32,000 bases of DNA from Candidatus Hermodarchaeota archaeon. GTDB lineage: Archaea > Asgardarchaeota > Heimdallarchaeia > Hodarchaeales > Hodarchaeaceae. The notes under the pieces were generated by a model. The model saw only the letters and a program-made list of their open reading frames with translations, was not told where the DNA came from and made no database searches. Made by a program: the position numbers and the translations under genes. This document shows, one piece after another, positions 7,674 through 16,248 of this stretch. How positions within the stretch are numbered: the stretch's first letter is position 1; every line of letters begins with the position of its first letter. The stretch covers positions 1 through 32,000 of the forward strand of contig JBHLKY010000004.1 of the NCBI GenBank assembly GCA_048886185.1, written 5' to 3'.

Positions 7674-10600
7674 TTAAAAGAAAGGAGATTGGGGTTTTCC
7701 ACGTCTTTTCTTAATCATTATAGATAATGCTCCCAATGTTCCAATAAGTATAAGAAGTTGGAATCCAGTGGCTTCACCTGATTCTATTGTCGTACCAGTT
7801 GTAGATGTAGGTGTACTAGTCGTGGTTTCAGCAATAGTTGTGAGAGGAGTTTCTGTACAGGGAACTGTAATAATGACTGTATCATAAATTATCGTTGTAT
7901 AGGTTTCAGTATCTCGTGGATAAATGCCGATAAAATATGGATTTTCCCGATCTCCATCAAATCCGCAATTACTTGGAATAGCTAAGTCTCTAGTAGTCCA
8001 ATAATATGCAATATATATTGGCTTATCAAGATTCTCTAAATCTAGTGTGTAATTATAAATATTACCACTTTTAGACCAATTAGAGTCAGTATCTGAGTAA
8101 TAGACATCCATCCATGGGTCTTCAGTATTTAGAACTCTATATACAAAAGTAATGGAAGACTGGTCAATCCCATAATTGAAACTCCCTCGATCATCCTGAA
8201 TCTCCTCTGAAAAAGTTATTGGAAAATCTTCCACATGAGGCTCAATCGGTAAGATTTGTGTTAATCGTGGGCTATTCGTATCCCAAGGTAATTTATGGAG
8301 AAATATAGTTTCATTCTTGCGAGGATAGATACCATTTGAGGTTGCTATGACCTTTGTAATTACGTTATCGCGTAGATTGTGAAGAAAAGCTGTCCAGGTA
8401 CCTCTAGCTTTTGCTAATTCGGTGAGGACAATAGTTTGTTGGGAGTAGAGTTCGTTGATAGTATTAAGAGCGGTTTCAATAGTCTTACGGGGATTAACTA
8501 CAGTATAGTGACCTATCCATTGTTCGAGTGGTGGTAGTGCACCTGTGGTGTTGTACAAAGAGAGAGTTATAGATTCTACACCATAACTAGCAAATCCACT
8601 TATTATTGGAGCTTGCCTCGTTATTGGTGTGTCAATTGTTGTCTGTGGTATGTTACCTTCGATTTGTACGTGTTGTTGAGGGATTAACAATTCCACAAAG
8701 ATTGAGGAATTAATATTCTTTTGCTGCTCATTTAGATCTTTATACCACCAGATTATTTGAAAGCGAAGAATCGTCCCTGTAGGTAATTCTTCTGGAGTAA
8801 TATAAACAATGAGCTCTTGTAACGGAATTGTAAACCTCCCCAGTCCTAGCGCTGGAAAATTAAGTTCAATCTCAAAGGGAGGAGGAGGATCCCCAGGTCT
8901 TAATTCGCGTTCAGTTATCATCTTATCGTCAGACTCATTCCAAGTATTTTTAGTATCTGTAATAATAAGAGTTATATTATTCCCAGGTGCTGTAAAATCA
9001 GATTCGTTTAGGCGTAACTCTCCAGAAAATACCCAATCAGAGTTATACTCAACACGAGAAGGATTAAAAAATGAATCTCCAGTATCTTGTGGATATCTTA
9101 TACCGACTCCTATATGGTAACATTGGGTTGTGAAAATAAGGTATATATGTGGAAGTTGAGAAGAATTATATGCGGTATAAGCCATTAACAAAGCCCCACA
9201 GGCAGCTTCTATTAGTGAAGGGCTTCTTGTTTCCTTTAGAAATATCATCCTATGCGGTAAACTCCAATGGGTCCAATTTGAGGAAACTATCTGATGTATC
9301 TCATTAATTGTTACGTTAAATTCAGTATATGCTATCATTAATGTTCTATCACTGCATTCTATAAGGGATGGTTCAGTGGAGTCATAAAGGGGATTAGTAC
9401 AAGTAATAGAGTTAAGTGGCCAAATTGTTAAGTCATCAGTGCTGAGAAATTGAATACTGGAAATCCCTCCACTTCTTCTTTCAAAAGCTAAGAGGTGGGT
9501 GTTATTTTGAGAGAAAAAATAAGAAGGGCCACGGTCCAAAAGAATATTATTAGTGACTTGTATTATCTTTGATTTGTTCCAGGGATATTTATTGCAATAG
9601 ATTTCGAAATTAGAACTTCGATTTGAAGCCCAAAATAGACCTAATTCTCCTTCTGTAGTCTGGAATAAACAAGGATCAATATCATGAGCAGAATCATTAG
9701 TTATTTGTACCGGGCGGCTCCAAGTGAAGAAGTCAGGACTTACTGTTAGGAAAATCTCTGGGTTCCCAGTTCGGTTAGAAACAAAGGCTACAACGTAATG
9801 TGGAGGGGGTCTGGCGTTTAAACTAGTACTCCAAGATGAAATTGGTTTATTTTCTTTGTAGATTGGACACCAGTAAGAAGGAGGATAACCAATAATTAAA
9901 GATGGACTATAATCACTTGCGTTGCTAGAAGTTATTTGAACTGATGAAATCCAGTTGTGGCCTGCATCATTTGTTATGGCTCCATAGATATCTAGAACGC
10001 CTGTTCTATTTGAATGCCAAACTACCTTGAATTTTTGACTCACTCCGTACATTGTGGAACCATCTTCTATCATAGAAGGCTCCTCATCAATGAAATTAGG
10101 CATTGACCGATTCATTAGCCAAAGTTCGTAGTTCCAAGGAAGAGGGTCGTAAGAGACTGTGATGTTAACCTGATTTATTTTATTAATAGCAATATGAATG
10201 TTTGTAATGATTCCATCATTACTATTACTATTGGGAAAGGTTCCAGCGTCAAAAATACTTCCTGGTAACCAAGGATCATTAATATTACCATTATCATCAG
10301 GTAGCATTACACCAAGGGGAGCTGTTTTATTTGTGTAATCAAGCTGTTCCCATAGAATACCTGAGGGATCGAAACCACCATCAGCTTCCTCCAAATCAAC
10401 GAGCTTCCGTCTCTCCCCGTCATTTGCCTCATACTTGTTGCATTCATCAATGTGCCAGATAAGGATACCAGACCCTGGAAGAGCACTATCAAACCCAGTT
10501 TGATTTCGGAAACAAATCAATAAATATTCATGCAGAGTAACACTATTCGTTTGGTTTGAAAGAAATATTTTCAATACACTCTCTTGATTAGATGCCTCTA

Positions 10601-11678
10601 TAGCTGGAAGACTAATCATGGATCCATCAGTCGTAACGATAGCAGGGGTTAACCAACCCATTTTAATTTTTGAGTAAGCACATAAGTGGGAAGGAGTGTC
10701 ACCAGGAGTTTCCCCTGATCCTATTGTTTCATTGTAATTCCATGCACCAGCACCCATTAATCCCCATCGTCCAATCCCATCAGATGAATAATCAGTATCA
10801 TACAAATCAGGTAAATTCCCGATAGCATGTCCTAATTCATGGGCAAAGGTTCCCATCGGAGATGTTTCTGCGCACATAGTATAATCTTTGACCACAACAC
10901 TGTCAACAATACATGAATGTTGAATACTCCAACGATGAGACCAAATGTCTGTGGAAACTCCAGTAGCTTCTTGGGCATCTCCAGCATGAATAACCAAAAG
11001 ATAATCTATTATTGTATCTCCATCACTATCAAACTTTGTGAAATTGACATTTGAATCAGCAAGTTGAGCTCCTTCATCAACTAAATTATAGATATAGTCA
11101 TTCTTATTGTCAACTTGTGGAAAAACTCCACTCGATGTCGAATCCTCTCCCCAATACCGAGCAACATGCGATGAGCGGTAAATATTACCTCCAACAATTT
11201 CTCCTGTAATATTTAACTGGCCATATGAATTTTCCCAATAATAGGTAGCTAAGCTTTTGGGATTACTGTGATTGAAAAGTAGATGCGAATAATAAGCTAG
11301 ATTGTGAGTACTTGCAAAGCTTACATCAGTAAAAGCCATGAGTAAAACAGCGATCCTAATTGTTCCTGTTGTAATGAAATTTTTTCGACCAGTTGGAATA
11401 CTTGCACCTATACTCGCCCTAGGTGAATTTATGGAAGGGTTAATTGGATTCATAAACTCGAATGGTGTATTTCTGATGGAATTATCTAAGTATTGTTTTG
11501 GTACTGAATCATCAATAGCTAATATATCAGTAGTTGAATCTTTTAAACTTGATAACTGAGGTGGAGTATTAGCACTGTAAAAATTACAGATTAACCCTCC
11601 AATAATGCTTGCTTGTAAAAATACGATGCAAAACATCCCTATCAGCCTTATGATCTTTCGTGGTATCATTTTGGACAA
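7674..11678 (-). CDS. Secreted, membrane-anchored M6-family (immune inhibitor A-like) metalloprotease with a beta-propeller and Ig-like domains
   Basis: N-terminal hydrophobic signal. HELGHAIGNLPDLY zinc motif (10827-10841) and GRWGLMGAGAW Met-turn. Six DxxPS-type repeats, a Thr-rich linker, and a C-terminal TM helix followed by KKRR. Confidence 0.88.
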   Translation of the reverse strand: MSKMIPRKIIRLIGMFCIVFLQASIIGGLICNFYSANTPPQLSSLKDSTTDILAIDDSVPKQYLDNSIRNTPFEFMNPINPSINSPRASIGASIPTGRKNFITTGTIRIAVLLMAFTDVSFASTHNLAYYSHLLFNHSNPKSLATYYWENSYGQLNITGEIVGGNIYRSSHVARYWGEDSTSSGVFPQVDNKNDYIYNLVDEGAQLADSNVNFTKFDSDGDTIIDYLLVIHAGDAQEATGVSTDIWSHRWSIQHSCIVDSVVVKDYTMCAETSPMGTFAHELGHAIGNLPDLYDTDYSSDGIGRWGLMGAGAWNYNETIGSGETPGDTPSHLCAYSKIKMGWLTPAIVTTDGSMISLPAIEASNQESVLKIFLSNQTNSVTLHEYLLICFRNQTGFDSALPGSGILIWHIDECNKYEANDGERRKLVDLEEADGGFDPSGILWEQLDYTNKTAPLGVMLPDDNGNINDPWLPGSIFDAGTFPNSNSNDGIITNIHIAINKINQVNITVSYDPLPWNYELWLMNRSMPNFIDEEPSMIEDGSTMYGVSQKFKVVWHSNRTGVLDIYGAITNDAGHNWISSVQITSSNASDYSPSLIIGYPPSYWCPIYKENKPISSWSTSLNARPPPHYVVAFVSNRTGNPEIFLTVSPDFFTWSRPVQITNDSAHDIDPCLFQTTEGELGLFWASNRSSNFEIYCNKYPWNKSKIIQVTNNILLDRGPSYFFSQNNTHLLAFERRSGGISSIQFLSTDDLTIWPLNSITCTNPLYDSTEPSLIECSDRTLMIAYTEFNVTINEIHQIVSSNWTHWSLPHRMIFLKETRSPSLIEAACGALLMAYTAYNSSQLPHIYLIFTTQCYHIGVGIRYPQDTGDSFFNPSRVEYNSDWVFSGELRLNESDFTAPGNNITLIITDTKNTWNESDDKMITERELRPGDPPPPFEIELNFPALGLGRFTIPLQELIVYITPEELPTGTILRFQIIWWYKDLNEQQKNINSSIFVELLIPQQHVQIEGNIPQTTIDTPITRQAPIISGFASYGVESITLSLYNTTGALPPLEQWIGHYTVVNPRKTIETALNTINELYSQQTIVLTELAKARGTWTAFLHNLRDNVITKVIATSNGIYPRKNETIFLHKLPWDTNSPRLTQILPIEPHVEDFPITFSEEIQDDRGSFNYGIDQSSITFVYRVLNTEDPWMDVYYSDTDSNWSKSGNIYNYTLDLENLDKPIYIAYYWTTRDLAIPSNCGFDGDRENPYFIGIYPRDTETYTTIIYDTVIITVPCTETPLTTIAETTTSTPTSTTGTTIESGEATGFQLLILIGTLGALSIMIKKRRGKPQSPFF

Positions 11679-11837
11679 CCTACAAACAAAAATAACTAGA
11701 AGATGATATTAGTAAGGAAGTTAGAACTTAATCTTAGATAAAACTTTCCTCGAGTTTAACCATATAAGAAGAAGGTTTTATCTTCATCATGTTAGGACTT
11801 AATTGAATAATTATTTAGCTATTTAGGTGTTAATAAT

Positions 11838-13175
11838 ATGTCGAAAGATATATTTAGTCAATATGATCCTATAGAAGAGGCACTTCAGGAGGGAATAGAT
11901 CCTGAAGAATATATTATTGGTACTTACATGGTACAACTTGGACCAAGGATGGATCCATGGTTTATAGGAAGAGCTGCTGCCTGTGAGCAGTCAACAGGAA
12001 CTTGGGTACCTGTTCCAGCAAACACACCTGAATTAAGAGCAAAATATGGTGCAAAGGTGATTGGGTTATATGAAGTTCCCTCCTATGAGTTTGAGATTCC
12101 TAAAGGTGTTGAGGAGCGAAATTTTATATATCAAATTGCTTTTCCAATAAAAAATCAAACAGATCAAATTGGCTTGATGTTGACAGCAACAATAGGTAAT
12201 ATTTCAATGGGAGGTAAGCTCAAATTGCTTGATCTTCGTTTCCCTAAACGTTGGACTAAAAACTTTAAAGGTCCAAAATTCGGTATTGCAGGTATTCGTA
12301 GGTTACTCAAAGTTCCCGACCGTCCGTTATTAAATAATATGATTAAGCCATGTAGCGGCTACTCAGCACTCACTGGAGCTCAACTATTCTATTCAGCTGC
12401 TTTAGGGGGATGTGATGTTGTGAAAGATGATGAATTAATTGCTGATATGGACTACAATAAGTTGATTGATAGGGTTCCTCTTATGATGGAGGCAATAGAT
12501 AAAGTACGGGATGAAACTGGAGAGGAAACTCTCTACACAGTAAATATCACAGATAAATTAACTAAGTTAAAAGACAATGCAATAGCTGTTCAAGATGTGG
12601 GGGGTAATGCTTTGATGTTGAATTATTTAGTAGTTGGATTTCCAGCATTACGAATGTTAGCAGAGGATCCAGAAATAAAACTGCCTATTCTTGCTCATAT
12701 GGATTTTGCGGGTGTTTTTTATGAGTCTCCTTACTCTGGAGTCTCCTCGTTTTTAGTAATGGGCAAGCTCGCCCGATTAGCAGGAGCTGATATTGTCGTT
12801 TTTCCAGCTCCCTATGGAAAGGCGCCCTACTTGAAAGAAAAGTATCTTGGTGTTGCTAAAGCTCACCGGTATCGGATGCATAATCTCAAGCCATCATTAC
12901 CAATGCCATCGGGTGGAATTACACCAGGCATGGTTCCAAGAGTTGTACAAGACCTTGGAAGAGATATTATGATTGGTTCAGGTGGTGGCATTCATGCTCA
13001 TCCTGACGGACCTGTTTCTGGAGCGAGAGCCTTCCGTCAAGCTATTGATATATGTATGAAAGATTTAGAAGCTGCAATTGAAGACTTCGAGGATTATGTT
13101 GAGGATCATTCAGAGGAATATCCTGAACTTGCCAAAGCCATGAAGGCTTGGGGTGTATCGGATACACGATTTTAA
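11838..13175 (+). CDS. RuBisCO-like protein (form IV RLP)
   Basis: EQSTGTW, GPKFG, IKP, GGCDVVKDDE, PSGG and GGGIHAHP motifs are present. Positions equivalent to K177, R295 and H327 are substituted (C, M, V). Confidence 0.88.
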   Translation: MSKDIFSQYDPIEEALQEGIDPEEYIIGTYMVQLGPRMDPWFIGRAAACEQSTGTWVPVPANTPELRAKYGAKVIGLYEVPSYEFEIPKGVEERNFIYQIAFPIKNQTDQIGLMLTATIGNISMGGKLKLLDLRFPKRWTKNFKGPKFGIAGIRRLLKVPDRPLLNNMIKPCSGYSALTGAQLFYSAALGGCDVVKDDELIADMDYNKLIDRVPLMMEAIDKVRDETGEETLYTVNITDKLTKLKDNAIAVQDVGGNALMLNYLVVGFPALRMLAEDPEIKLPILAHMDFAGVFYESPYSGVSSFLVMGKLARLAGADIVVFPAPYGKAPYLKEKYLGVAKAHRYRMHNLKPSLPMPSGGITPGMVPRVVQDLGRDIMIGSGGGIHAHPDGPVSGARAFRQAIDICMKDLEAAIEDFEDYVEDHSEEYPELAKAMKAWGVSDTRF

Positions 13176-13201
13176 TCCTTTTTTTGATATATTACTTTAA
13201 G

Positions 13202-13528
13202 TCAGATTTTAGAAAAAAGTCCTCCTGCTACCGGAGGGAACACTGCTATGACATCACCATCGTTAAGATGAGTCTTAATACCATCTAAGTATTTTATACT
13301 CCTACCATTTCTAAGAATTTGAATCCAGTCCCTAAGCTCATTATAATCATCAAAGATTTTTTCTCTTAAAGATTGATGTTGATTGAATAATGCTTCTAAA
13401 AGCTGGAATACAGTTGCTTTTTCTTCTAATTCAATCTCAATCTCACGTGCATTGGTAATCTTTTTAAAAGAGGCGAAGAGCTTTACTGTTACCTTGATGA
13501 TTCTGTGGGTACCATGTACCTTGTTCAA
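13202..13528 (-). CDS. moaD: MoaD/SAMP-like ubiquitin-fold sulfur carrier
   Basis: VKLFASF start and ILRNGR...LNDGDVIAVFPPVAGG end, followed by five extra residues LFSKI. TTG start. Confidence 0.8.
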   Translation of the reverse strand: MNKVHGTHRIIKVTVKLFASFKKITNAREIEIELEEKATVFQLLEALFNQHQSLREKIFDDYNELRDWIQILRNGRSIKYLDGIKTHLNDGDVIAVFPPVAGGLFSKI

Positions 13529-13547
13529 ATTTTACATCTCACTAGTT

Positions 13548-15239
13548 TTACTCTTCTTCTCTAAGCTTTTTCTTATCAAGTTTCATAACTGGGGTGAGTG
13601 GTAATGAATCTCTAAGCTCAATGTACCTTGGAACAGCATAGGAGGGAAGATTCTCTTTACAATATTGAATTATCTCATCAGGAGTAACCTTATCTTTGTA
13701 ATCCTCCCTTAGAGCTATAAAGGCTTTGATCCTTTCACTACCTGGTCGCTCTGGATCCTGAACTCCAATAACTCCAGCAATACTCACAGCTGGATGGCCA
13801 TGCAATATATCATCTACCGTTTGTGAGTAGACTTTCATTCCACTGACATTAATCATATCTTTAATGCGGTCGACAATATAAAAATAACCATCTTCATCCA
13901 TTTTCGCCACATCCCCAGTTGCTAACCAACCATTCTCCAGTAAACCCTTACCTGCATTTGGCCAATACCCCTTCATTACTTGGGAACCACGAATCCATAT
14001 CTCACCAGGTTCACCAATAGCTGCATCTTCCCCAGTTTCTAGGTTGACAATTCTCACCTCTGTATCAGCAACAGGAATTCCTACTGATCTTTTCACTTTA
14101 GGCATAAATCCTGTTACTTTAGAAAGACCTGATGGATTCATGTGAGTAACTGCACAAGCTTCAGTCATTCCATATCCCTCACTTAATGGTGTACCAACTT
14201 TTTTCTCCCACTTTTCTGCAACATCATTTGGCAGAGCTGCAGCACCAGAAAAGAAGAATATAGGCATCTTTTTTAGATTGGGGTTGTCAAGTAATAACAT
14301 ATAATGGGTTGGTACACCCCCCACGATGAATGGACGATATTTATTGATTATATCAGTAATTAGCAAAAGGTCTCGACCATCAATTAAAAAGCCGCGTAAT
14401 CCCCATGAAATCCCAGCATGCAATAAGAAATGACCTGCTTGATGAAAGATGGGAAGGCAGATTAATGCAGCAGCCTTTCCTTTTATTCCTGCACGTAAAG
14501 GGTGCATCATCCACTGAACTGACTGTATTACGTTTGTTGTAATGTTGTAATGAGTTAACATCGTTGCTTTAGGAATTCCTGTCGTCCCACCTGTGAATGG
14601 GAGTAACGCGATATCCTCTGTTGGATTAATTTCAACTTCGGGAGGATTATTTTCACTTTGTTCAATTAATTCTTCCAACCGATAGAGATTAGCTATATCA
14701 TGTAAATCTACCAATTTAGGTAATGAATAATCTGGGAATATTGGGACAGGAGTATAAATTACATTTTTTAATCTTATATCGTTTTCAATTGCTTTAATTC
14801 TTTCGAGTCGTCTATGTGAACATATAACAGTTTCAGTACCCGATTTTTTAATCTCATATAACACTTCAGGAGTCTTGTGTAAGATACTTAGAGGAACATG
14901 GACCGCTCCCAGTCTCATGATAGCATAATCAGCGATAATAAATTGGGGACAAGAGGGCAGAATTGTCGCGACTCTATCCCCTTTCTCCACTCCTAAACCA
15001 TCAAGTGCTGTTGCTAGTTTGTCTACTTGTAGTTTCAGTTCAGAATATGTTAATTCTGTTCTGTACTCTCCTGCAATGAAGGTACATGCAATATTATCTG
15101 GAAATTCAATTGCAGAATCATCAAGAAACTTATTTACAGGTATTTTTGGATAAGGCTCCATAGTCTTTGGAAGTTTGTAAGGCCCAACCTTATAGCTTTT
15201 CAACCAAGGTTTATCAGCATACGAAATGTTCTCAGTCAA
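13548..15239 (-). CDS. Long-chain fatty acid-CoA ligase (ANL adenylate-forming family)
   Basis: FTGGTTGIPKA AMP-binding loop, EGYGMTEA, GWLATGD, IVDRIKDMINVSG, and a C-terminal catalytic Lys. TTG start after GGTGTGA. Confidence 0.9.
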   Translation of the reverse strand: MTENISYADKPWLKSYKVGPYKLPKTMEPYPKIPVNKFLDDSAIEFPDNIACTFIAGEYRTELTYSELKLQVDKLATALDGLGVEKGDRVATILPSCPQFIIADYAIMRLGAVHVPLSILHKTPEVLYEIKKSGTETVICSHRRLERIKAIENDIRLKNVIYTPVPIFPDYSLPKLVDLHDIANLYRLEELIEQSENNPPEVEINPTEDIALLPFTGGTTGIPKATMLTHYNITTNVIQSVQWMMHPLRAGIKGKAAALICLPIFHQAGHFLLHAGISWGLRGFLIDGRDLLLITDIINKYRPFIVGGVPTHYMLLLDNPNLKKMPIFFFSGAAALPNDVAEKWEKKVGTPLSEGYGMTEACAVTHMNPSGLSKVTGFMPKVKRSVGIPVADTEVRIVNLETGEDAAIGEPGEIWIRGSQVMKGYWPNAGKGLLENGWLATGDVAKMDEDGYFYIVDRIKDMINVSGMKVYSQTVDDILHGHPAVSIAGVIGVQDPERPGSERIKAFIALREDYKDKVTPDEIIQYCKENLPSYAVPRYIELRDSLPLTPVMKLDKKKLREEE

Positions 15240-15349
15240 GATTCACACCACTCTGTATAAGGAACGAACCTTTTTCTTATTCCTAGTAGTTACTACATTA
15301 AAAATCACTAAACATTTATAATTAACTCTCATAATACTCAATCAATGAT

Positions 15350-16231
15350 ATGAAGCAAAAGATATTTCCCTTCAGAGAATGGTCATTTCTTCATCGTGCA
15401 TTTTATTGTTTTGCCAGAGCGATTGTACCCCGTTGGCCCCGATTTTTCTTTAACTTTGACATTTATGGCGTAGAAAATATTCATAAACTCCCCGAAGGAG
15501 TACCTGTAATATTCTGCGGAAATCATCAATCTCATCTTGATTCTATTCTATTTGCATCTGCAATCGTAAAACCTTACGGTCCTAGATTGTTCTTGGCATT
15601 TATGGCGTCAGGAAAAGCTATGGTTGAAAACAAATTCTTTGGATTAACTCACTATCTTGGTGCATTTCCCGTTTTTAAAGAAGATCCAAAACCCGCATTA
15701 TCTACTACGGTTAAACTCTTGAAACATGGTTATGCTGTGTATATTTCTCCTCAGGGAAAACGAGTTGGCCGTACGCCCTTTCATGATTTTCACAATTTAG
15801 TGCAAGAAGGTCGTACAGGTGTTGGACGAATAATTCTGAAAACCAATGGAAAAGTTCCTATCGTTCCGTTCTATCTTCATGGAGCGTATGAGGCGCTGAG
15901 ATCTGGACAGTTTTTACCGAGATTTAAAGCTAATCTTTCAATTCGAATTGGAAAACCTTTAGTCTTTAAAGAATATACTAGGTCTCAAAGGTGGAAAGAA
16001 TCTGATCCTGATTTTTTTCCTACTGCAAGAGAAATTGTGGATAAGATAATGTGGTCTATTCGTTTTTTAATGTTAATCGAAGAGAAATATTATTTCGATT
16101 TAGTCGAAAAAGTAACTAAAGCTCCTCTTGAGAGAATCCCTATTCCCTCATATAAGTCGAGTTTCAATTGGTTTTTACGAAAAACTACTTTACTACAGCG
16201 TAAACAACTTCAAAAGATGTTAGAAACTTAG
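15350..16231 (+). CDS. Lysophospholipid/glycerolipid acyltransferase (PlsC-like)
   Basis: NHQSHLD catalytic HX4D, LGAFPV block II, SPQGKR block III (variant of PEGTR), VPIVP block IV. Confidence 0.85.
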   Translation: MKQKIFPFREWSFLHRAFYCFARAIVPRWPRFFFNFDIYGVENIHKLPEGVPVIFCGNHQSHLDSILFASAIVKPYGPRLFLAFMASGKAMVENKFFGLTHYLGAFPVFKEDPKPALSTTVKLLKHGYAVYISPQGKRVGRTPFHDFHNLVQEGRTGVGRIILKTNGKVPIVPFYLHGAYEALRSGQFLPRFKANLSIRIGKPLVFKEYTRSQRWKESDPDFFPTAREIVDKIMWSIRFLMLIEEKYYFDLVEKVTKAPLERIPIPSYKSSFNWFLRKTTLLQRKQLQKMLET

Positions 16232-16248
16232 GACGCCATAATCTAGAG

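Noticed and set aside
11838-13175. Bona fide CO2-fixing RuBisCO (form III)
   Set aside because: The K177, R295 and H327 equivalents are substituted, which fits a form IV RLP.
13202-13204. Selenocysteine or readthrough at the TGA of moaD
   Set aside because: The stop is downstream of the functional GG, the convergent RLP gene ends 26 nt away, and no SECIS-like structure was recognised.
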